Shown: one piece after another, positions 19,172-29,340 of the stretch
Layout: each line of letters starts with the position of its first letter
Numbering within the stretch: position 1 is the stretch's first letter
Origin: a virus
Length of the DNA: 64,000 bases
Reading direction: 5' to 3' (one strand)
Virus record (IMG/VR): IMGVR_UViG_3300033149_003115
Span: 49,898-113,897 of that record
Translations under genes and position numbers: made by a program
Notes under the pieces: model-generated
Database searches by the model: none
What the model saw: only the letters and a program-made list of their open reading frames with translations
What the model was told of the DNA's origin: nothing

Positions 19172-19867
19172 ATGATCATATCAAGACTAAACCCTTTCAC
19201 TCTTATTGACTACCCTGGTCATATAGCTTGTATACTGTTCACTCAGGGGTGCAATTTTCGATGTCCCTACTGTCAAAACCCTGAGCTAGTGGATCCCTCT
19301 AGATATATCAATAACAATGTGGAAATTAACAAAGTCCGTAGCTTCTTACTGGGTAGAAAGGGGAAGCTAGATGGGGTGGTAATAACGGGAGGAGAACCAA
19401 CCATACACTCTGATCTACCAATGTTGTGTGAGATGATAAAGGACTTGGGGTATGTAATCAAGCTAGACACTAATGGGTATGAGCCCACCATGTTGTCTTA
19501 CCTGATCAATAATCATTTGATAGACTATGTTGCTATGGACTACAAAGCCCCACTGGAGAAGTATCCGATGATCACTGGTAAGCTGAGGATGGATATTGGT
19601 AGAATATCCCACTCTAAGTCAATAATCATGTCCAGCGGACTGAGGCATGAGTTTAGGACCACTGTGGTGAGGGAGCTACTAAGCCTGGAAGATCTGGTGA
19701 GGATATCCAGTGAGATAAAAGGAGCTGATCTGTATGCCATCCAACGTTTTAAACCAGACAAGGTTCTGGATGATGATCTCAGGTATTGTAGCTCTTACTC
19801 AGCTGAGGAGATAGGATCCATCAGATCACTAATCTTAAATAATGTTAAAAAGCTGATAATAAGATAA
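19172..19867 (+). CDS. nrdG: anaerobic RNR activating radical SAM protein
   Basis: GCNFRCPYCQNP, ITGGEPT, KLDTNG; follows nrdD. Confidence 0.93.
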   Translation: MIISRLNPFTLIDYPGHIACILFTQGCNFRCPYCQNPELVDPSRYINNNVEINKVRSFLLGRKGKLDGVVITGGEPTIHSDLPMLCEMIKDLGYVIKLDTNGYEPTMLSYLINNHLIDYVAMDYKAPLEKYPMITGKLRMDIGRISHSKSIIMSSGLRHEFRTTVVRELLSLEDLVRISSEIKGADLYAIQRFKPDKVLDDDLRYCSSYSAEEIGSIRSLILNNVKKLIIR

Positions 19868-19879
19868 AGTATTTATAAA
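19865..19879 (+). promoter_or_regulatory. BRE/TATA promoter
   Basis: AAAGTATTTATAAA about 35 nt upstream of the 19915 start. Confidence 0.55.
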
Positions 19880-19914
19880 ATAAAGTGTTTGATGAGGAAA
19901 TAAGGTGAAATAGT

Positions 19915-21087
19915 TTGGATATTCCTAAAGAGACACTGGAGAAGCTGTACTGGAGTGATAACCTCTCAGCTAGTGAAATAGCTGATAAGCTTGGTGTGTC
20001 TAAGAGCACTGTCCTAAGCTGGATGAGGAAATGTGGGATACCAAGACGTGATCTCTCAGACTCAGCTAAGCTGGCTAATCACAAGCTTAACCATAAGAAC
20101 AATGGGATGAGAGCTCATAATGAGATCATTGAAACACTAGATGGTATCCTTGACACACTGGAGGATTCTGTACCCACTGTCAGGTATGAGTCATCCCCAA
20201 AAGAGGACATCTATGTCTGTCTACCACTAAAGGTCCTGGAGTCTAAGAGAAGAGAGCAGCTATCCCTCACCCTGGTGTTGTCAGATCTACACCTTGGACA
20301 TGAGTCTCACCTGCCTGAGACATACTGGAGCTGTGTTTATAACCTATCAAGAGTGTTGAGGGTGTTAAAGAAACACTACAAGATCACCAAGCTAGACATT
20401 GTGTGTAATGGGGACATAGTGTCTGGGAAGGATGTCTACAGGTACCAGATATTCCAGAACCTGGTACAGAGATCACACTGGCAGGTGTTCTTAGCTGAGA
20501 GGATCATCAAGAGAACCATAGAGGAGATAGAGAAGGAATGTAAGGTCAACAGGGTGTACCTGATAAAGGGAACCCATGAGAGCCTTGAGAGCAACTTCAT
20601 GTTATACCTAAGGAAGTGCTTAGGAAACATTGCTAAGTATTCTAGCAAGTCACTGATCTTGAATGTAGCTGATCCCCTTGGGAACTACAATGTGTTGTTC
20701 ACTCATGGGTATGGAGGCTCGAGCTACTACCCCTTTGGATTTAAGTTCATAAGAGATATGTGGAAAACAATAGCTGAGTACAAGAACATAGGGGTCCCAA
20801 TAGAGAGGGTGATAAGTGGTCATTGTCACTGGCTAACACCTGATCTGGAGCTGGAGGGGATAAGGCTTAGCCAGAGTGGAGGGTTCCAGAAGTGGGAGTA
20901 CACTATTAACCAAAGACCGTCTGGGATGTTGTTGCTAGCTTGTAATGGGGATGAGTGTTCAGTCATCCCTATCAGACCTGATCCAGCCACTGAGGATGAG
21001 GAGAGGAATGACACTTCATTAGAGTATAAGAACATGAAGTATTACGCTCAGATGTTGAAGGATCATTTTAAGAGCTATGAGCTCTAA
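19915..21087 (+). CDS. HTH fused to calcineurin-like metallophosphoesterase
   Basis: HTH LSASEIADKLGVSKSTV; SDLHLG, NGD, GTHE, THG, GHCH. Confidence 0.85.
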   Translation: MDIPKETLEKLYWSDNLSASEIADKLGVSKSTVLSWMRKCGIPRRDLSDSAKLANHKLNHKNNGMRAHNEIIETLDGILDTLEDSVPTVRYESSPKEDIYVCLPLKVLESKRREQLSLTLVLSDLHLGHESHLPETYWSCVYNLSRVLRVLKKHYKITKLDIVCNGDIVSGKDVYRYQIFQNLVQRSHWQVFLAERIIKRTIEEIEKECKVNRVYLIKGTHESLESNFMLYLRKCLGNIAKYSSKSLILNVADPLGNYNVLFTHGYGGSSYYPFGFKFIRDMWKTIAEYKNIGVPIERVISGHCHWLTPDLELEGIRLSQSGGFQKWEYTINQRPSGMLLLACNGDECSVIPIRPDPATEDEERNDTSLEYKNMKYYAQMLKDHFKSYEL

Positions 21088-21106
21088 GACAAGATAGACA
21101 ACAGAG

Positions 21107-21379
21107 GTGAACAGGATGATGAAGAGACCTTTAAAGGACAAGCTCCAGGATGAGGAATACCTCAGCTCACTAAGTGAGAGGAGACGTAGGGAGCTCCTGG
21201 TGTGTGGTAAGCTACTGACAGAGGAGGAACTTGAGTATTTCAGCTCCATTGACACTGCATACAAGATAGCTAGATCCAGGTATATCAGGAGCAGATTTGA
21301 TGAGGAGATGGCTAGCAAGATACTGGAGAGAGGACATGTCCCAATATTCTTTAAAGACAAGATCCTAAATGAAGAGTAA
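21107..21379 (+). CDS. hypothetical protein
   Basis: 90 aa ORF in operon order. Confidence 0.55.
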   Translation: MNRMMKRPLKDKLQDEEYLSSLSERRRRELLVCGKLLTEEELEYFSSIDTAYKIARSRYIRSRFDEEMASKILERGHVPIFFKDKILNEE

Positions 21380-21423
21380 ATATAGATGACATCCGAATAG
21401 CTAGCTCAATATCTTTAGAGGAT

Positions 21424-23352
21424 ATGATGAATATGACTAAGAAGAAGAGAAGAGGTAAGAAAGACTACACCATCACCAGGAAAGATAGAAATAAGTTCAG
21501 AATGTTATGGCACTCAGTCTCTCCTCAAATCAGGTCTGGGTATGGCAATGTGACAAGACAGCTATGTACCAGGTTTAAAGAGTATGGATATAATGTCACT
21601 GTTAGTGCTTACTATGGAGTAGAGCCTGGAGGAGTTCTCCTAATCAATGGGGTCCCTGTGTTACCCTCTAAGCAGGGGAGGTTTGGAGAGCTTAGCTGCT
21701 TATACTATTACAAGACCTTAAGGGCTAACATAGCATGGCTCATGTGCTATGATGATAAGACTGAAATACTCACTGATCAAGGGTTTAAGTTCTTTAGAAA
21801 CCTGGATGGTACTGAGAAGGTGGTTCAATATAACAAGGAAAAAGACTACCTGGAGTATGTAAAACCATTGAGGTACTTTGTGTATCCATACACTGGTAAG
21901 ATGTATAGTGTGGAGGGTAGAGATATCTCCTTGATGGTGACTCCCAATCATAAGATGTTAGTAAAGAAGAGAAACAGAGAGAAATACGAGTTTGAGCATC
22001 CTGATCAAATAGTGGGGAAGAGGAGGAAATACCTTAAGATAGCCAGGTGGAAGGACTCTGATGAGAGGAGGATGAAAGCTAGAGAGCTATCCAAGGTACT
22101 TAACAAGAGAATGTGGATCTGTAGTAATGGTGTTACCAAATGTCTGTCTACACTGGACAGGGAGAAGGCTGACTATTTCCAGGAGCTAGCTATTAAAGCT
22201 GGGTTTGTAGCTGATCAAAGCCTCAAGAGCAGCTCCTGGCATGATAGACCTTGGTATGTGATATCCATAAAGGGGAGAAGGAGCACTGAGGTCAGACCAA
22301 AAGAGGGAGTAGGGAAGGATGGGTGGGTGGATTACTCTGGACATGTGTACTCAGTTCAAGTACCATCTGGAGCTATCCTGGTAAGAAGAAATGGTAAGAT
22401 AGTCATAAGTGGAAATTCAGACCCTTGGGCGTTTCATTGGTTTAGTGAGAAGCTCCCTTGCTCAGCTAGCTATGGTCCACTTGATCATGTTGGGTATCCT
22501 GAGGAGATACAGCATATCATGAGGGGTTTTGACTATAGAGTTAGTCCATCCAGGTTCCAGCAGAAAGAGTGGGCTAGCTATGATCCTCCAGTGGACTTTG
22601 AATACATCCCTCATGGAGTTGACACCTCAGTCTTCAAGCCAGTACCCAAGTCTAGAGCCAGGAAAGCACTGGGGTTGCCACAGGATGCCTTTATCTTTGG
22701 TAGTATATGTGCTAACTCTGACAAGGAGCATAGAAAGTCAGTTCCAGAGGTATTCCAAGCTCTAAAGATGTTCTTAGAGAGCAACCCAGATGTCAAGAGA
22801 GACAGTATAAAGTACTTCTTGTTCTCTAACCCCAGGGATTCGAGAGGGCTACAGCTAGAGCTATTTGCCAGGAAGTACGGTGTCAGTGACATCACTATAT
22901 TCCAGAACCCAATGTTGTTTGACACTGGGGTGAAGGAGAGTGAGCTTAACCTTATCTACAATAGCTTTGATGTCCTCCTCAACCCAGCCAGGAGAGGGGG
23001 TTTTGAGCTTGCTATCATAGAGGCAGCTGCTTGTGGTGTCCCAACCATAGCTCATGACTTCTCAGCTCCTCCTGAGCTTGTGAGGGGACATGGTTGGTTA
23101 TGCAAGTCCAAGATGAGGACCTATACCCCGATCAATGCTATAACTGCCATACCTGATGTGAATGATCTGGCTAAGTGTGTGGAGAGGGCTTACTTCAATG
23201 ACAAGGAGAGGAGGAAATATGGGAGAGACTCCAGGAAGTTCGCACTTGGTTTCAACTGGGATGACCTGGTAGCTGATCAATGGATCCCTCTGCTGGATAA
23301 GATAGTTGAGGAGACCAAGCCAAGGAAGGTGACAGAAAGGAGGATAGCCTAA
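21424..23352 (+). CDS. GT4-type glycosyltransferase containing an intein
   Basis: SGYG, IPHGVDT, IYNSFDV, GFELAIIEAAACGVP. Confidence 0.9.
   Translation: MMNMTKKKRRGKKDYTITRKDRNKFRMLWHSVSPQIRSGYGNVTRQLCTRFKEYGYNVTVSAYYGVEPGGVLLINGVPVLPSKQGRFGELSCLYYYKTLRANIAWLMCYDDKTEILTDQGFKFFRNLDGTEKVVQYNKEKDYLEYVKPLRYFVYPYTGKMYSVEGRDISLMVTPNHKMLVKKRNREKYEFEHPDQIVGKRRKYLKIARWKDSDERRMKARELSKVLNKRMWICSNGVTKCLSTLDREKADYFQELAIKAGFVADQSLKSSSWHDRPWYVISIKGRRSTEVRPKEGVGKDGWVDYSGHVYSVQVPSGAILVRRNGKIVISGNSDPWAFHWFSEKLPCSASYGPLDHVGYPEEIQHIMRGFDYRVSPSRFQQKEWASYDPPVDFEYIPHGVDTSVFKPVPKSRARKALGLPQDAFIFGSICANSDKEHRKSVPEVFQALKMFLESNPDVKRDSIKYFLFSNPRDSRGLQLELFARKYGVSDITIFQNPMLFDTGVKESELNLIYNSFDVLLNPARRGGFELAIIEAAACGVPTIAHDFSAPPELVRGHGWLCKSKMRTYTPINAITAIPDVNDLAKCVERAYFNDKERRKYGRDSRKFALGFNWDDLVADQWIPLLDKIVEETKPRKVTERRIA
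21745..22416 (+). mobile_element. intein (224 aa) with a truncated LAGLIDADG remnant
   Basis: Block A CYDDKTEILT, block B VTPNHKM, block F/G VYSVQVPSGAILVRRNGKIVISGN followed by +1 Ser (SDPW). Confidence 0.9.
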
Positions 23353-23353
23353 G

Positions 23354-25282
23354 TTGTCTAAGTCCGTAATGATAGGGGTGCCAGTGAAGAATGCAGCTAG
23401 GTGGTTACCAACATCACTGGACATAATAGAGAGGTTCACCTATCCCAAAGAGGATCTCAGGGTGGTCTTTGAGTACTCTAAGTCATCTGATGACACACTG
23501 AAGATCCTTAAGAAGTACCTGAAGAGGACCAGGATCCAGGCTGAGATATACCAGGAGCCCTATGATCCAGCTCTGAGGAAGCTTGGGATACAAATGGGAG
23601 CTGTCATCTACAATGACTTCCAGACCTTGCTGGATGAGGACTACTTCATGTTGTTTGATTGTGATATATGTGATGCTCCCAGGGATCTCATAGAGAGGCT
23701 GATGAGCATAGGTGAGGACATAGTGGCTCCATACCCCTGGAACGAGGGGTACTCTCACTTCTATGACACATGGATCTTCAGGATAGGGAACAAGAGGTTT
23801 CATCCCCTTGCTCCTCCAGGGATAGGGATGAGCACTCCAATAGAGGTTGATTCTGTTGGGACATGTTTCCTGTCTACCAGGGAGGCATTTAGGGATACTC
23901 CTATCCTGAACCCATACCCTAACCTCTCCTATTGTAACAATGCAAGGCGTAGAGGGTACAGGGTCCTGGCTGTGCCATATGTGGAGGTGTTCCATAGAGA
24001 CCTAGCTGGGATGGGGATAGTTCACAACCCCTTACCTCCTAAGATGGGAGGTTACCCAGCCAGTAGCTGGGCTACTGCTCTTGACCCTGTGATAGACCTG
24101 GATGGGAACATCGTCACACCTTACTCCTTTAATTTCAGTGACAAGGTGGAGATACAGAGGGTGGAGAGGGAGGTTGCACTCAGAGCCATCAAGCAGTACT
24201 TCACCACTCCATTCTGTAAGGAGAGAGGGAAGAGCCTGAGGTGGATGTATAATCTCTCACATTTTGGAGCTTTCTGGATGACACGTGATCCTCAGCTCCT
24301 GGATCTCATGTATAGGAACGAGATGTACCCCAGCTACATTGAAATAGAGCTCACTAACAAATGTCCATATAAGTGTGTGCACTGTGAAAGGACACACTGG
24401 GGTGATGACATAGAGCTTAGGAACATGACATGGGATGAGTTCCTGCTCATAATGAGGTCTTTCCCCAATCTCAAGCAATGCTCGTTCACTGGGATAGGAG
24501 ATCCATGGCTTAACCCAATATTCCTTGATGCTATCAAGTATGTGAAGGAGAGGGATGTGTACTTTGAGCAGTATGACACATTCCAGCACTGGAGCAGGGA
24601 CTCCATTGAAAAGATGGTGGAGTGGGGTGTGGAGAGGCTATTTGTGTCATTGGATGCAGCTACCAAAGAGACATATGAGAAGGTGAGGAAGGGACATAGC
24701 TGGGACAGGATGATAAGAAATGTTAAGCTGTTTGATGAGATAAAAAAAGAGCATGGATCTGTGTACCCTGAGATCAACTTTCATTTTGTGATTGATGCTC
24801 TGAACATTCATGAGGCACTGGACTGTGTGGACTTTGTAAAGTCCCTTGACATAGACAATGGGTTTATCCAGTACTCCAGGCTGTTGCACATGTATCCTGA
24901 GATAAATGATCTCTATGTTGATATCCCAGAGGATCTCTGTGATAAGATAAGGAGGAAAGGAAGGGACGAGGGTATCCCAATAGCCTGGAATGCTGATGTT
25001 AACCCCAACCTTCCTCCAATGTCAAAGTGTGCAGCTCTGTTCCAGCCCTTCTTCTTTGCTAATGGTGATGTCATAGTCTGTTGTGCTCAACATGAGGGTA
25101 ATAGGAGGAAATGGGAGCAGTCCATGAGGATGGGGAACATATTTGAGGCTAAGGACTTTAAGAAGATATGGTATGGGGAGAGATACAGAAGACTAAGAAG
25201 GGAGCTGAGAGAGGGGGTGTGCCCAGAGCCATGTGTTGGGTGTCCCATATACAAGCAACCCTCTGAGGTGAGGATGTGGTAA
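23354..25282 (+). CDS. GT-A glycosyltransferase (Anp1/GT2-like) fused to a radical SAM/SPASM-twitch domain
   Basis: IGVPVKN, FDCD, VDSVGTCFL; then CPYKCVHC, GDVIVCC, CVGC. Confidence 0.85.
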   Translation: MSKSVMIGVPVKNAARWLPTSLDIIERFTYPKEDLRVVFEYSKSSDDTLKILKKYLKRTRIQAEIYQEPYDPALRKLGIQMGAVIYNDFQTLLDEDYFMLFDCDICDAPRDLIERLMSIGEDIVAPYPWNEGYSHFYDTWIFRIGNKRFHPLAPPGIGMSTPIEVDSVGTCFLSTREAFRDTPILNPYPNLSYCNNARRRGYRVLAVPYVEVFHRDLAGMGIVHNPLPPKMGGYPASSWATALDPVIDLDGNIVTPYSFNFSDKVEIQRVEREVALRAIKQYFTTPFCKERGKSLRWMYNLSHFGAFWMTRDPQLLDLMYRNEMYPSYIEIELTNKCPYKCVHCERTHWGDDIELRNMTWDEFLLIMRSFPNLKQCSFTGIGDPWLNPIFLDAIKYVKERDVYFEQYDTFQHWSRDSIEKMVEWGVERLFVSLDAATKETYEKVRKGHSWDRMIRNVKLFDEIKKEHGSVYPEINFHFVIDALNIHEALDCVDFVKSLDIDNGFIQYSRLLHMYPEINDLYVDIPEDLCDKIRRKGRDEGIPIAWNADVNPNLPPMSKCAALFQPFFFANGDVIVCCAQHEGNRRKWEQSMRMGNIFEAKDFKKIWYGERYRRLRRELREGVCPEPCVGCPIYKQPSEVRMW

Positions 25283-26346
25283 CATCTATGGAACTGATCC
25301 CGTCTCCAAGATATGCCCTGGTTGAGATAACCTGGAACTGTAACCTTAACTGTGTGATGTGTCCGAGGAACATATGTGGGTACAAGATGGGTACCAAGCC
25401 TCACATGTCCCTGGAGAGGTTCAGAGGAATCCTGGATAGTATCCCAACCTTGAGGAACATCAATATGGCTGGATGTGGGGAGCCATTATATCATCCTGAG
25501 TTCCATGAGATGGCTAGGGAGTGTGTGGATAGGGACATTGAGATAACTCTCACCAGTAATGGGACTCTGTTGTCAAGATCAAACATAGAGAAGATACCAA
25601 GAAGTGGAAAGGTCAGGATGCATGTCTCCATAGACTCTCCTGTTCCAGGGATATACAAGAAGTATAGAAGAGTTGATCTGAGCCTGGTGCTGAGGAACCT
25701 TGAGAGGCTGAAGAGGATAAGACCAGACATTGAACTTACCATTCAACCCTTGATAATGAGGGATACTTTGCCAGACATGAGGAAGATAATCCCTATAGCC
25801 AGGAGGTATGATGCCAGGCTATCCCCTATTTATCCAATAGCTTTTAGCAAGGATGATGAGGAGAGGCTACATCCCTTCTCCATGGAGGACTTTGATAAGA
25901 TGATGACCAATCTTCATTATCTCAGTGATCACTTTGGTGTCCCAATATATGAGAAGCCATCTTACCCAACCCCTAAGGACTGTGTGGAGCCATTTGTAGG
26001 ACCAGTGATCTCAGTGAAGGGAGAGATCTTTGGATGCTGCTATGCCTATGAGGCTAGGAGATACTCAGCTACCCCCAGGTACTGGGATGAATACTACAGG
26101 GGGAAACATATCAGAGTTCCTCAACATGACTACTTGTTTGGGAACATCTTCAAGGATGACTTTAAAGAGGTATGGAGAGGGGATGAGTACAGGGATCTCA
26201 GGAGGACACTGATGAATCTGAGGAAACACGAGATGACACATCCATATAACCTGGATCAATACATGATCCTGAGGGACCAGTCCAACATAAAGAAGAGGTT
26301 TGACTATTGCTCCATGTGTTTGTGGAGATGGAACCAAGCCTGCTAA
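25276..26346 (+). CDS. radical SAM protein with twitch/SPASM domain
   Basis: CNLNCVMC, GEPL, GEIFGCC, CSMC. Confidence 0.9.
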   Translation: MVTSMELIPSPRYALVEITWNCNLNCVMCPRNICGYKMGTKPHMSLERFRGILDSIPTLRNINMAGCGEPLYHPEFHEMARECVDRDIEITLTSNGTLLSRSNIEKIPRSGKVRMHVSIDSPVPGIYKKYRRVDLSLVLRNLERLKRIRPDIELTIQPLIMRDTLPDMRKIIPIARRYDARLSPIYPIAFSKDDEERLHPFSMEDFDKMMTNLHYLSDHFGVPIYEKPSYPTPKDCVEPFVGPVISVKGEIFGCCYAYEARRYSATPRYWDEYYRGKHIRVPQHDYLFGNIFKDDFKEVWRGDEYRDLRRTLMNLRKHEMTHPYNLDQYMILRDQSNIKKRFDYCSMCLWRWNQAC

Positions 26347-26349
26347 GAT

Positions 26350-27423
26350 GTGATGATGATGTATAACCCTTATCCCTACCCAACTGACTATATCCTGGAG
26401 ACCAACACTAATTGTAACCTGAGATGTGTGTGTTGTGCCAGGAGGTTCACTGACATGACACATGAGCCAATGTCCCTGAGAGATGTCAAGAGGATAGTCA
26501 AGAAGCTACCATGGTCCAGGATATTCAGGATAGGGGTCCAGGGTGAGCCTCTTATCTACCCTGAGAACTTTGACATAATGGAGTACATGAGGAAGCTACA
26601 CAAGATGTGTACCATCACCACCAATGGGACTATGTTGACAGATGACAAGATAGTGAAATCCATACCCTCCAATGTCAAGGTGATGTACATATCTGTGGAT
26701 GCTGGGTCACCTGAGGTGTATAAGGAGTACAGAGGATGGAGGTTTGATAAGTGGAAGGAGGGAGTGATCAACCTCAGGAGGCTCAGACCAGAGATACAAG
26801 TCCAGATCAACTACCTGTTGTTCAAGGGTAACCTGACAGATGTCCCAAAGATGCTGGAGTTCTGCTCAGAGCATGGGCTGAGCTTGTCCAGTACGTTCCC
26901 TGTCATCTTCATGGAGGAGATATCCAGACAGCATGATGCCTTCTGGTTGGAGAACTTACCTAATATAATACACCATAACCTGAAATATGCTAAGTTTCTG
27001 GGGGTTCCCTACTTGTGCTCTACTGGTAGGCTGAGGTGGAGGAGATGTGTGATCCCCTGGGTACAACCCTTGATCGGGATACAGGGAGATGTGTATGTTG
27101 ACTTCTTCATTTATCAGCTTAGGAACTACGATAGGAATGGTCCTGTCATCTGGAGGGAGTACTTCAGGGACAAGTATAAGGAGGTACCTCAGCATGAGTA
27201 TATTATGGGTAACATTCTGGAGGATGATTGGAGAACCATCTGGAACAATAGCTACACTCCCTTCCTCCTCAAGCTGGACTCTCTGAACAACATGAAGATA
27301 AGCTCTAAGATGTTCTCCAAGATGTATGAGGAGTACCCAGTGAAATATGATCAGGACAACCCAAGATGTTCTGGCTGGGAGTACTGTAAGATATGTGGGA
27401 GAAGATGGGGGTACAGCTACTAG
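26350..27423 (+). CDS. radical SAM protein with twitch/SPASM domain, paralog of the previous gene
   Basis: CNLRCVCC, GEPL; shares WxEYY/F...VPQHxY..GNI with 25276. Confidence 0.9.
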   Translation: MMMMYNPYPYPTDYILETNTNCNLRCVCCARRFTDMTHEPMSLRDVKRIVKKLPWSRIFRIGVQGEPLIYPENFDIMEYMRKLHKMCTITTNGTMLTDDKIVKSIPSNVKVMYISVDAGSPEVYKEYRGWRFDKWKEGVINLRRLRPEIQVQINYLLFKGNLTDVPKMLEFCSEHGLSLSSTFPVIFMEEISRQHDAFWLENLPNIIHHNLKYAKFLGVPYLCSTGRLRWRRCVIPWVQPLIGIQGDVYVDFFIYQLRNYDRNGPVIWREYFRDKYKEVPQHEYIMGNILEDDWRTIWNNSYTPFLLKLDSLNNMKISSKMFSKMYEEYPVKYDQDNPRCSGWEYCKICGRRWGYSY

Positions 27424-27430
27424 GGTGAAG

Positions 27431-28273
27431 ATGATGGGTATCTCAGGTAAGCTGAGGATCCTGAGACCAGGCTTGTGGTATAGGAATATTATCTCCCTTG
27501 TCCCCCTTGTCCTCACAAGCAACCTGTGTGATCTCTCTCTCTATCCTCTGCTCTTTGTGAGGCTTGTATTGCTTTGTATGGCATCCAGTGTTGGGTATGT
27601 CATAAATGACATCCTGGATCATGAGAGTGATAAGGCTAACCCTGACAAGGCACATAGACCCTTGGTGTCTGGGGATATCAGTAGAGCAGAGGCTCTCCTG
27701 CTGGGTGGGTCCCTTGGGTGCCTAGTGTTGGTGTTGTCCTGGTTGCTCAGCTCAATGTACCCACCTCTGATCATGTTGAACACTGCTCTTTATTCGTTGC
27801 TTCTCAGGGATATCCCAGTGGTTGATATCATCTCCATATCATCTAACTATGTCTTCAGGATCATGGAGGGGTACTCGGTAGTTGGAAGTGGAGTGGATCA
27901 CAATGTGATCCTAACAGCTTTCTTCTTTGCAATGCTGATGAGCTCTGGGAAGAGGATAGGGGAGTACACCCTACTAGGGGAGAAGGGGAGAGAGCACAGG
28001 ATGACCTTGACAAGAGGATACATCAATCTCCTAGCAAGGATGTGCTTGGTGTTCTCATCATTGTTCATGTTGTTCTTGATCATGGCTCTTGGACACTGGG
28101 GTGTGATCATCTCACCAATGGTGATCTGGATGTTATACAAGTATCTGAGGTTAGTGGGAGATGATCCCATAAAGGTGAGGAGACCAGACACCCTGATGAA
28201 GGATAGGGTGTTTGGATGTTTGTTTGTAGCTGTGTCCTTGATAGTACTGGCTCATTATTCTGGAGTGATATGA
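27431..28273 (+). CDS. UbiA-family polyprenyl-phosphate phosphoribosyltransferase (DPPR synthase-like)
   Basis: LRPGLWYRN, YVINDILDHESDKANPDKAHRPLVSG, GKRIGE; multi-TM. Confidence 0.85.
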   Translation: MMGISGKLRILRPGLWYRNIISLVPLVLTSNLCDLSLYPLLFVRLVLLCMASSVGYVINDILDHESDKANPDKAHRPLVSGDISRAEALLLGGSLGCLVLVLSWLLSSMYPPLIMLNTALYSLLLRDIPVVDIISISSNYVFRIMEGYSVVGSGVDHNVILTAFFFAMLMSSGKRIGEYTLLGEKGREHRMTLTRGYINLLARMCLVFSSLFMLFLIMALGHWGVIISPMVIWMLYKYLRLVGDDPIKVRRPDTLMKDRVFGCLFVAVSLIVLAHYSGVI

Positions 28274-29340
28274 CCTTGGTATCTGTGGTTATTCCAGTTA
28301 GGAATGAGGAGAGGAGCATAGCATCCGTAATAGAGGATGTCATGTCATGTAGTGAGGTTGAGGAGATCATAGTGGTTGACAATGCATCCTCAGACAGGAC
28401 AGTGGAGATAGCCAGGAGGTATCCAGCTATCATCATCAGGCATGGGAGAGATCTAGGATACATGAGATCTATCCAGGATGGGTGTGTAGCTGCATCACGT
28501 GACAGGGTACTGATCATGGATGGGGATGGTCAGTACAGGATGGACAGATCAATATTTGGATCTGATGAGGACCTGATCACTGGAGCTAAGGTGGATAGAA
28601 AGGACAGTGCTCTCAGGGTGTTGTTTTCAAGCATCATGAACCTGATAGTCAGGGTGATGTTTCACCTGGATCTTAGAGATAGCAACTGTGGGTACAAGCT
28701 GATCAAAGAAGATCTCCTATGGATGGTGGTGAGCCTGAGCAAGCTAAAGTACACCCCTCTCACGGAGCTTTGTATCCTTGCACACAGATATGGGTACAAC
28801 ATCAAGGAGATCCCGATTAGGCACTACCCAAGGAGACATGGTAAGAGCAAGATCTTTACAAGCTTGATGAGATCTGGGATCCTCACACTACTTGGGTTGT
28901 TGAGGATGTGGTGTGATGACAAGAGAGACTTGGTATCTGGGTTCTTGATCTCGAGGACAAGGAATCTAAGGAGGATCAACCACTCGAAGATCCTTAAGTA
29001 TCTGTATGTCGGAGGGAGAGGACACAAACAATTCCCAATAGAGATAGATACCAGAGCTCACATGGAGGAGGGATCCTATGTTCATCCTCTCGTTCTGAAC
29101 AAGTATGTTGAGGCATTAGCTAGAAGCTTGGCATACAAGAAAGATGTGCTAGTGTTCTGTGACAAAGGGAGGGGTAGATCTGTGATGGTTGTTTGTGGGT
29201 ACCTGATGAGGTTTCTAAGGATGACATGGGTTGAAGCTTACAGGTTTCTAAAGAACAGACACCCCCAGTCGTATCTAACAAGAGAGCAGTTCAGGTCTCT
29301 AAGGGAGTATGAGAAGATCATTGAGGAGGGGATGAGATGA
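28270..29340 (+). CDS. GT2 (dolichol-phosphate-sugar synthase-like) fused to a dual-specificity phosphatase domain
   Basis: VVIPVRNEE, VDNASSD, MDGDGQ, DSNCGYK; C-terminal VFCDKGRGRS (CX5R). Confidence 0.85.
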   Translation: MTLVSVVIPVRNEERSIASVIEDVMSCSEVEEIIVVDNASSDRTVEIARRYPAIIIRHGRDLGYMRSIQDGCVAASRDRVLIMDGDGQYRMDRSIFGSDEDLITGAKVDRKDSALRVLFSSIMNLIVRVMFHLDLRDSNCGYKLIKEDLLWMVVSLSKLKYTPLTELCILAHRYGYNIKEIPIRHYPRRHGKSKIFTSLMRSGILTLLGLLRMWCDDKRDLVSGFLISRTRNLRRINHSKILKYLYVGGRGHKQFPIEIDTRAHMEEGSYVHPLVLNKYVEALARSLAYKKDVLVFCDKGRGRSVMVVCGYLMRFLRMTWVEAYRFLKNRHPQSYLTREQFRSLREYEKIIEEGMR

